From positions 186,001-250,000 of the forward strand of contig OZ025783.1 in the NCBI GenBank assembly GCA_964019425.1: a stretch of DNA of 64,000 nt, written 5' to 3'. Positions 56,338 through 64,000 of this stretch are shown here, piece by piece. Source of the DNA: Flectonema sp. DT1601 (taxonomy: Eukaryota). Numbering within the stretch: the stretch's first letter is position 1; each line of letters begins with the position of its first letter. The notes under the pieces were generated by a model. That model worked only from the letters and a program-made list of their open reading frames with translations. It did not search any database and had not been told where the DNA came from. The translations under genes were made by a program, and so were the position numbers.

Positions 56338-57741
56338 TTAACGTGCTTCAAGTTTAAACATTAAAATTGAGAATTCAGCGAGTGTTATCTTTCCATCGTC
56401 TAGTAGACCAAGACTTCTTATGGTGCTGTCAACATCTGAGTCTGTTGGGGTAACACCAAATGATTCATAAGATTTATACAACATTTTTACTTCACTACAT
56501 GAGAGATAACCGTTTCTGTTAAGATCGTATTTATTAAACTCCCTGAGGATGTTATCTTCGGATATGGCTGCGGGGTAACCTGACAGACACTTTGTTGTTA
56601 TTGAAGGAAGTTGCTGAACTCCTATATTGCTATTATTGCAATCAGTTGGTTGACCCCCCTTCATCATTGGAGTATAATGAGGGAATGATGGTGTAGGAAT
56701 GGTTACATCTGTCGATGAAAACGATTCGAATATTGTTTTTAAACCAAGCTTGTGTTGTTCACTCTTTGTTGGATGTGATGTACATTCTTCTACTGATGTC
56801 CTACCATTATGATTTCGTAACCCCATTACTGTTGATGGACTTTTTAATAACATTTCTATCAGCTCATATCCACCACAGTAGTGTCGACATGCGAGATGAA
56901 GTGGAGTATTTCCATCATTGTCTTCTAATTGAACACTTGCGTCACCATCATTCAATAACAGTTTTATTATCTGAAGAACCCGTGAGTATCGTGACTTATC
57001 TACATGTTCATCTGACAGCCCGACATGATTAGTTAATATATGAAGTGCTGTTTGTCCATTTATATCTACGACATTCGCTGAACAAAACTTTTGATAGTCT
57101 TTTAATATTAATTTAGTCGTCTTGGAACTTCCTATCGCAATTGCGTTGTGGTGTAGTGGAGTTCGATTGTTTTCATCGAGCATGTCTCTTTCTCCCATCA
57201 TTAATTCAACGTGTCTTCTATATATCCATTGACGAAATAGAGCAATATCAGAGACATCAGGAGCAGTGAGGGCTGCTATCTTCCATACTTGACATAAATC
57301 TTCACTAAGAGCAACTTCTCCACCAATTAAGCAATCAACTGTTAGATTCGAAACAGGCATTGCTGGAAACGCACAAAAGTAAACCGTTCCCTGTGCTTCA
57401 GACCATGAATACACTTTCCTCATTTTACCATCACTGTGATCAAGAGTAACTTGGTAACGATATTTTATTGGATGTTGCTCATCTGTGAATGAGGTATAGA
57501 ACGTAAGCCTCTGGTTATCATCATTCAGTCCAGCCATTTCTTTAACACTCGTAAACCCAACAGAGACTGTCAGAGATGCTTTTCTATTACCGAGCGATAA
57601 TCTTAAAAAGTAATCCTCATGTGCGTTAAGACCTTCCAACTGAAATCCTGACGAGATTGGAGGTGTTCCATATTGAGGCACTTCTTTACGAGTAATTTTC
57701 TCTGCGGTGGGTTCAACACAAACAAGCGTGTTGCTATTCAT
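56338..57741 (-). CDS. Ankyrin-repeat protein with C-terminal EF-hand pair
   Basis: RTPLHH, GQTALH and GNTPLHLAC ankyrin motifs; DLNRNGYLSCSE and DDGKITLAEF EF-hands. Likely ATG at 57741. Confidence 0.85.
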   Translation of the reverse strand: MNSNTLVCVEPTAEKITRKEVPQYGTPPISSGFQLEGLNAHEDYFLRLSLGNRKASLTVSVGFTSVKEMAGLNDDNQRLTFYTSFTDEQHPIKYRYQVTLDHSDGKMRKVYSWSEAQGTVYFCAFPAMPVSNLTVDCLIGGEVALSEDLCQVWKIAALTAPDVSDIALFRQWIYRRHVELMMGERDMLDENNRTPLHHNAIAIGSSKTTKLILKDYQKFCSANVVDINGQTALHILTNHVGLSDEHVDKSRYSRVLQIIKLLLNDGDASVQLEDNDGNTPLHLACRHYCGGYELIEMLLKSPSTVMGLRNHNGRTSVEECTSHPTKSEQHKLGLKTIFESFSSTDVTIPTPSFPHYTPMMKGGQPTDCNNSNIGVQQLPSITTKCLSGYPAAISEDNILREFNKYDLNRNGYLSCSEVKMLYKSYESFGVTPTDSDVDSTIRSLGLLDDGKITLAEFSILMFKLEAR

Positions 57742-57857
57742 CTTTAGTTTACCTTTGATAAAAACAGAACTCTTAATTAAAAATATGAACTCAGTACCAG
57801 TACATCCATCAATCATAAAAGTTAGAAACGAAGTTAGGAATAAATTAAAGAAACACA

Positions 57858-58775
57858 TCAACAGTCTTCTAATTGGGTTGTAACAGGTAACCAAATCAAT
57901 AATAAAGATCCCATAGTCTTTTTAATATGATTAATATGAGGGAATGATGGTCTTCTTGCTTGATAACAGTTTTCAACCCAAGGAAACAAAGTCCAAAATT
58001 CAAGACTACTAATCCCCATAGGAATGACAAGTACTTGAACAGATAACAAGAACGCAACGATTCCATTAATATAAATAGATAAAATAACACCAACAAGGAT
58101 GTGAGGTTCGGAGTAGCTGTCGTGGTCCCTCCGTGATAATATCCTGGTTGCCTCTGGAATTCCATCTCTCAGAAGAAAATAACCAGAGCACAGCTGGTAT
58201 ACTAATGCTAATACAAAGAATTTATGATTCTTCCTTCCAACAGCGTTATTAATAATCGGACAAAAATGATCAAAACCGACAACAGAACCACCTCCAATTT
58301 CAGTACAGCGACGGATTCCTTCACTGCGATGTCTCTTTTGAACTTCTGTAAATCGATCTGTGTCAGCTGCTTCGCTGATTTCTGCAGAAAACTTTTTTGA
58401 TACAACGTCTGAAGTAATTCCTCTATACCAACTGACAATCCAAAGTACCATTGCAATATGATAGTAAATAATATGACGTCTCTCTGATAACGTGATATAC
58501 AATGTGGTTAATGGATTCATAAGTAGTAATTCATACACTCCACATCCGTGAACTTCTTGATGATGCCACAGATACATATATGTCCAGTATTGCCATATTA
58601 TCATTGCGGTTAAGACGATTATTGTCTTTTCTCCTCCTCCTCGTAGTGACATAGGTCCACTTAAAACACATCCTCCGGTTAAGAATCCGACAGCCATCAT
58701 AAAAGCAGGAAACCCTCCAATAACTATCATCCAAAAGAATCCCTCTCTTTCGGTCATGTTCAAATGAATTTCCAT
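57858..58775 (-). CDS. DHHC-family palmitoyltransferase-like membrane protein (DHFC variant)
   Basis: FDHFCPIINNAVGRKNHKFF with multiple TM helices. Start is uncertain (58823, 58775 or 58757). Confidence 0.85.
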   Translation of the reverse strand: MEIHLNMTEREGFFWMIVIGGFPAFMMAVGFLTGGCVLSGPMSLRGGGEKTIIVLTAMIIWQYWTYMYLWHHQEVHGCGVYELLLMNPLTTLYITLSERRHIIYYHIAMVLWIVSWYRGITSDVVSKKFSAEISEAADTDRFTEVQKRHRSEGIRRCTEIGGGSVVGFDHFCPIINNAVGRKNHKFFVLALVYQLCSGYFLLRDGIPEATRILSRRDHDSYSEPHILVGVILSIYINGIVAFLLSVQVLVIPMGISSLEFWTLFPWVENCYQARRPSFPHINHIKKTMGSLLLIWLPVTTQLEDC

Positions 58776-59497
58776 AATATTGTTATGAAGTTCTGAAAAA
58801 AGACAGTGAAACATTGACAACATGTAAAAACTTATTTCTGACTGTTAAACCCGTCGCCGTAATGACACTTTAACATAGAAGAGTTAAATTACCAACCTGC
58901 CCCAGTAATCGTTTATTTTAAAAAAAAAAATAATAATAATAATAAAAATTGTCAAATCAAGACGGGTAATTGAATTACGTTGTGAAGTGGAAATCACTTA
59001 TTCAGTGATTTGTCGAGCTCTTTCCTTTTCCTTTTTTTTTTTTGTTTGTTTGTTTCCTCAAAATAATTATAACGTCTTATATACTCTAATAAGGGTGCAG
59101 GCGGTTAGACATAATTCTTAATTTCTATTGACTGAGCAACTATGCTGTTTGATGCTCTTGTCTATCAAGAAGGCTGCAACTTGAACAAAATCATTCTGTG
59201 ATTCCTTCGACCATTCATTTAGAAGGAAGTGTTTCAGAATATGATGCGTTGACAAAGACTCTTCTTTCAGACTGGATGAGTATTTTAAAAGAAAAAATTA
59301 GGAGGTAAGAAAAGAGAGAATAAAAGAGAGTTCTTCTTAGTTTTTATGATGAACAATCCGACGGTGTGTTATTATTCTTTTTTGACAGCCTCACTGGAAA
59401 GTGCAGGCTGTAGGAGGCAGGGAGGGATAATTTCTTATTGTTCTAATTCATTCAAGGTCTCTACTTCTTTGTACCTTGATACAGTGTAGATGGTTGT

Positions 59498-59528
<31 letters not shown>

Positions 59529-59971
59529 GAAAGGGCGAGGGAAACAAGAACAGAGAATAGCAAAGCTATCTCTTACCTCCCTATGATTACCTATTACTGC
59601 ATGACAACATTAGGGATAACTAATGGCTAAAATAGTAATAACAAACTAAGCCTAACTGAAAAGTGTTGGCCACTGGGAAGAGGAAGTTTATCGATTTTGG
59701 TTTACCGTCCTTACTGTAAACTGTTTTTATCTTTATTTTTTTCCAGCTCACAGAAACAACAGCGCTTTTTTTTTTTCGTCAAAAAATTATTTTCAAAACT
59801 AATTGTGTGCTTAAAATAAAACACAAAGAGTTAAAAATGAGGAGTGTACTAATAAAAAAAAAGGGAGAGAATGGGGAAGAGAGAACGCTGCAAATCCTTA
59901 GAAAAGGAAAGTAACAGCAGCCTATGTACTTTGAGAGGGAGAAAAGGGTAAATAGAGATAAGGTCGTTTGT

Positions 59972-62900
59972 TTATTTACTCTCTTGTGGAATAGGAAAAA
60001 CTCTCGCAGTTGAATTAGACGGTCGAAGTAATGCTCTAGATCCTCTAAACGCTTGTACGACTCTGATTCTGGTGCGAAGACCGGAAGCAGCTTCGCGAAA
60101 TGCCTTTCGCATTCTACTACATCGTTTGTCTGGAACAGTCTTCTCCGAAAACATAGCTCGTTGGGTATTTCTGACCTTTTCAATCATCGCGAGTTTGGAG
60201 TTAGGATCGTCAGCATCCTGATCATTCTGATCAAGTCTCTGAGTTGATACCTTCTTCTCATCAACAGGAATACACCTCGTAATAAATGCAACTGGAAACA
60301 CCAACAACGCTAATACAATAGTAATACCCCACCTAACCCCTCCAGGTGGATACGTCTCCATGAAACTACGCGCTACTTCAACCATAAATGCTTGAAATGC
60401 CGCTGTAAACACCACCACTGGTAAGAACATCGGAGAGCGACCAAACCCTTCAAAGGGATTCTTTTCATCATATAATTTACGAGCATTGAACCAGTTAAAT
60501 ACTTGCATGTAAATAAACGTGTTGAATATTACAGTTTTTAGTAGCAATTCATTGTCTTTTTGGTGGTCTTCTAATTCAGTTGCTAGTATCGCTATAGTAC
60601 CATTTCCGTACCATGAAGAAGGTATGTTTCGATCAGTCTCAAAGCTGTTATGTTAAAATAAATATTTTTCAAAAAAAAAAAAAAGACACGACACCAACAA
60701 GAAAATCACATACAGCTCTTCTCCAGCAAAGATCATAACCAGCATTACGATTAATTGATAAATCGATCCACCAACGATAAATCTTTTCATTTTCATACTA
60801 ATAAGTGGGGCATTGCGATAAGTCGGAGGCCTGTTATTTTGATAATATTATTACACGCAGTGATATGTCAGAGCAGAGGTATTCCTAAATTCAAACATAC
60901 CTTTTGAGTAAGCCTTCGTTTGGATTCTCAGTTGATAAAGCGAGGGCAGCCATTGTGTCCATAATTAAGTTAGCCCATAGAAGATGAACAGGTGCTAGTG
61001 GTGGGGATCCGTTGCCACCTGATCGAGAAGCGTCTCGGACTGCCCCAATGAATGTAATAATTAATAATACGACATTTACTGTAAATTGAAATTGTAAAAA
61101 CTTCCTGATATTATCATTGACATTCCTACCCCACTTACAAGCCTGAACAACTGATACAAAGTTGTTGTCGAGGAGAATAATTTTCGATGCCTTCTTAGCA
61201 ACATCAGTTCCATCGTTCATCGCAAAACCAACGTCTGCGAGTTTGAGTGCCGGGGCGTCGTTAGTACCATCGCCTGTGACGGCAACGACTTCACCCAACA
61301 ACATTAAATTACCGACTAAGAGTTGTTTATCTAATGGAGAACAACGTGCCAGAACTTGAATAGATGGAAGAATCTTCATGAACTCATGTTCATCATCGCA
61401 GAAGAGTTTTCTAAAAGCAGGACCTTCCATTGCAATGCCATCGGACGTAAGGAGTCCACACTTTGAAGAAATCGCCTTTGCAGTGTGGATGTTGTCACCT
61501 GTACACATTCGAACTGTGACGCCAGCATCTTGGCATGTTTTTACAGCTCTTGGGACTTCTTCACGAACTGGGTCTTCTATTCCTGCAATACCAAGGAATA
61601 CTAAATTATTAGTCATAGGATCATCGTCAGGGAATGTTACCTGATAATCACCAAACACACGAAAGGCAACTCCAATAGTACGAAATGCTTGATTAGCATA
61701 TCCCTGGATAACTTTTCCGAGTCTTTCCTTGTCTTGATTTGTCATTTCCCTTTCATTTCCTTCAGCATCAATAAATGCCTGACAATGATCAAGAATAATC
61801 TCAGACGCTCCCTTAGTATATTGCATAGTCATATTACCGTATGTTGGATGTTGTTGTCGTATTAGGACAGTCATACTTTTCTTAGCACTCTGAAATGGAT
61901 AAACGATTTGATAATCTTCCTGCACGCTATCTCTGCAAGCTTGAAAACCACCTTCCGCATATCGTACTCTGTTCACCCATTTTAGCATTCCTCGTTCTGT
62001 TTTGTTTCCGACCCAGATTTTTCCGTTCTCATCGGCTTCCGGTACTTTTGAGGGATCAACTTTAACTTGTTTAGCACTGGAGTTAAAAGAGATGCTATCG
62101 ATGAATAATTGTAATGTCTTGTCTGATAGTTCTGAATGCAGTTCTTTACGTGTTAATGGTCCCTTGGCGTTGTAATCGTAGTCGTGCATTTCTAATAAAC
62201 CAATATGAGCTTTTACCAGTGTCATTTCATTAGTTGTTAAGGTTCCAGTCTTATCAGAGCAGATGTTTGTCGCAGCTCCCATTGTTTCACAAGCTACAAG
62301 TGATCTAACCATGTTGTTATCTTTCATCATTGCTTGCATTGAATATGCGAGTGCGATAGTAACTGATAGAGGAAGACCTTCTGGAACTGCTACAACTACA
62401 ATAGAAACACCAACAATAGCATAGTCGAGTAACAGCTTAAAATCATACGTGTCTCCATTATGAGCTGCTTTACCAATAGAGATTGCAGCTAGAGTGAAGA
62501 AAAGAATAGAAGCGACTCCTATTCCAACCCACCCAACAAGATCTGCTAAGGTGTTTAGTTTTTCTTGTAAGGGGGTGGGTTGTTTTCCTGTTCTGGTTGC
62601 CATTTCAAGACGACCACTGAACGATTCCTCACCAACGGCTACGCAAAGATACAATCCTTTCTCACCAGCTATTACTGATGTTCCAGAAATGATAAATGGA
62701 TCAACGTCGGTATCTGTTGCTGCAGCGGACGATTTTTTCTTTTCATCGTTCTCGCCCGTGCATGCGGATTCGTCAACGAGAACACCCTGACCTGATATAA
62801 AGATTCCATCAGCTGAAACGAATGTCCCTCCCTCAAATTCGACTAAGTCACCGACTAGAATCTCTGAAACGTCAACTGTTTCTGCTTTACCATTACGCTT

Positions 62901-63401
62901 AACGGTGACATCAATTTTTGACGTTAGTTCGTTTAGAGCTTTGAACTTCATTTCCTTGAGGTAGTCGTTAATAGTAGTGACCAATACCACCAGTGATATT
63001 GCTACGATGATAAAAGTACCATCTATCCATGCAGTCGAATAATGAACTTCATCCTTACCTTGTTCGGGTGTGGTCAGTCCAATGACGAGAGCTGCTGTTC
63101 CAAGGACTAATAGTAAAAGCATCATCTTATCAGAGAGTGCTTCCTTTAAGAATGTTAAATAGGTGACTTCTTCTTCTTCAGGAAGGAAGTTTTCACCATA
63201 AGTATCCCTTCGGTATTGAAGAGAGGAACTCGTTATCCCGTCAGTCATTGAAGTATCAAGCAACCTTGAGAGTCCTTCTAAACCTCCAAGCTCGCGATAA
63301 ATATTAAGATTCTTGTCCTGAATCATTTCAAAGATCTTTTGTTTCTTCGACCCTCCATCTCCTACTTCAACTTTCTCTAACTCTTTACTGTTCTGTTGCA
63401 T
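59972..63401 (-). CDS. PMCA-type (P2B) Ca2+-ATPase. Exons 63401-60901, 60830-60714, 60644-59972
   Basis: VAVPEGLPL, CSDKTGTLT, KGASE, TGDGTNDAPALK and NLIMDT. Two GT-AG introns (70 and 69 nt) restore the frame into FNTFIYMQVFNWFNARK. Confidence 0.95.
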
Positions 63402-64000
63402 TCCTTCTTTGGATTGTAAGAGTTCGAATTATGTCCCGCAATCCATTGTCATTCTTTGTGTGTGGAGGAAAATATAAGAAAAATAATTGTTGATCCAACG
63501 GATGTGTCGTATCAAAGCTAGAATACTTAGTTGGTAGGAACCTTAATCTTAGACTCACGCGGTGTTGAACTGGAGAGGAATTAACAGTTTGAAACAGAAA
63601 AAATTATCATCTCAAAGCAATAATAGAACACAAGTTCGGTACCAAATTGTTAACCAAAAAAAAGAAAGAAAAAAAAAACATGGAGAGAGAGGGGGAAAAA
63701 AAAAAAGGAAAACATCTCCTTAAAATTAATTTTGTATGGGGAAAAAAAAAAAAAAAAAAGTCTCTTGAACTTAACAAAAGACATTTGTGAAGCATGGTGG
63801 ACAGCAATAAAATCCTGACTACCCACAAGATAACACGACAAGATCTGGATTTCACTTTTAAGACAACTAATTTGCAGCAGATAAAAGCACCATACTAGCA
63901 TGTGTTTTCCTCTGGGATTCGAAAAAAAAAAAAGAAAAAGAAAAGGCGGGGGATTTAATTTATTGTACCTGTACGAATACCATGTCTTTTTACAATACAA

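Noticed and set aside
57742..57894. Apparent overlap between the ankyrin and DHHC ORFs
   Set aside because: An artefact of an upstream TTG start. The likely ATG is 57741, after a U-rich tract and AG.
1..64000. CRISPR arrays, tRNA genes, prokaryotic promoters/terminators, alternative genetic code
   Set aside because: None seen by eye. The context is eukaryotic, and the long ORFs read normally in the standard code with TAA, TAG and TGA all used as stops.

Overview
AT-rich eukaryotic nuclear DNA, probably a euglenozoan (diplomenid-like; inferred, not proven). All 17 intact protein genes I can support lie on the minus strand, in one directional cluster. In coordinate order they are: an axonemal dynein heavy chain (runs off the left edge), a P4-ATPase flippase, two paralogous 2-TM Cys-loop proteins, lipoate-protein ligase, an alpha/beta hydrolase, an AIR9-like Ig-repeat protein, a 1519-aa His/Val/Thr/acidic protein built from 12 repeats of about 127 aa, an EGF-repeat membrane protein, three tandem receptor-type pseudo-cyclases, a CAP with a duplicated N-terminal helical domain, a tandem-duplicated bacterial-type SGNH hydrolase, a SET protein, an ankyrin/EF-hand protein, a DHHC-type protein and a PMCA-type Ca2+-ATPase. 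Eight short (69-92 nt) GT-AG introns were reconstructed by hand; they have A-rich rather than pyrimidine-rich acceptors. The intergenic DNA holds a decayed Crypton-like tyrosine-recombinase element, a 1.1-kb TIR element, a 28S rRNA fragment and several dispersed repeats. The most intriguing signal is an ~80-nt motif present three times (18437, 32894, 52095). It keeps the same pseudoknotted three-way-junction pairing through compensatory and G-U changes on the + strand, making it a candidate undescribed structured RNA.
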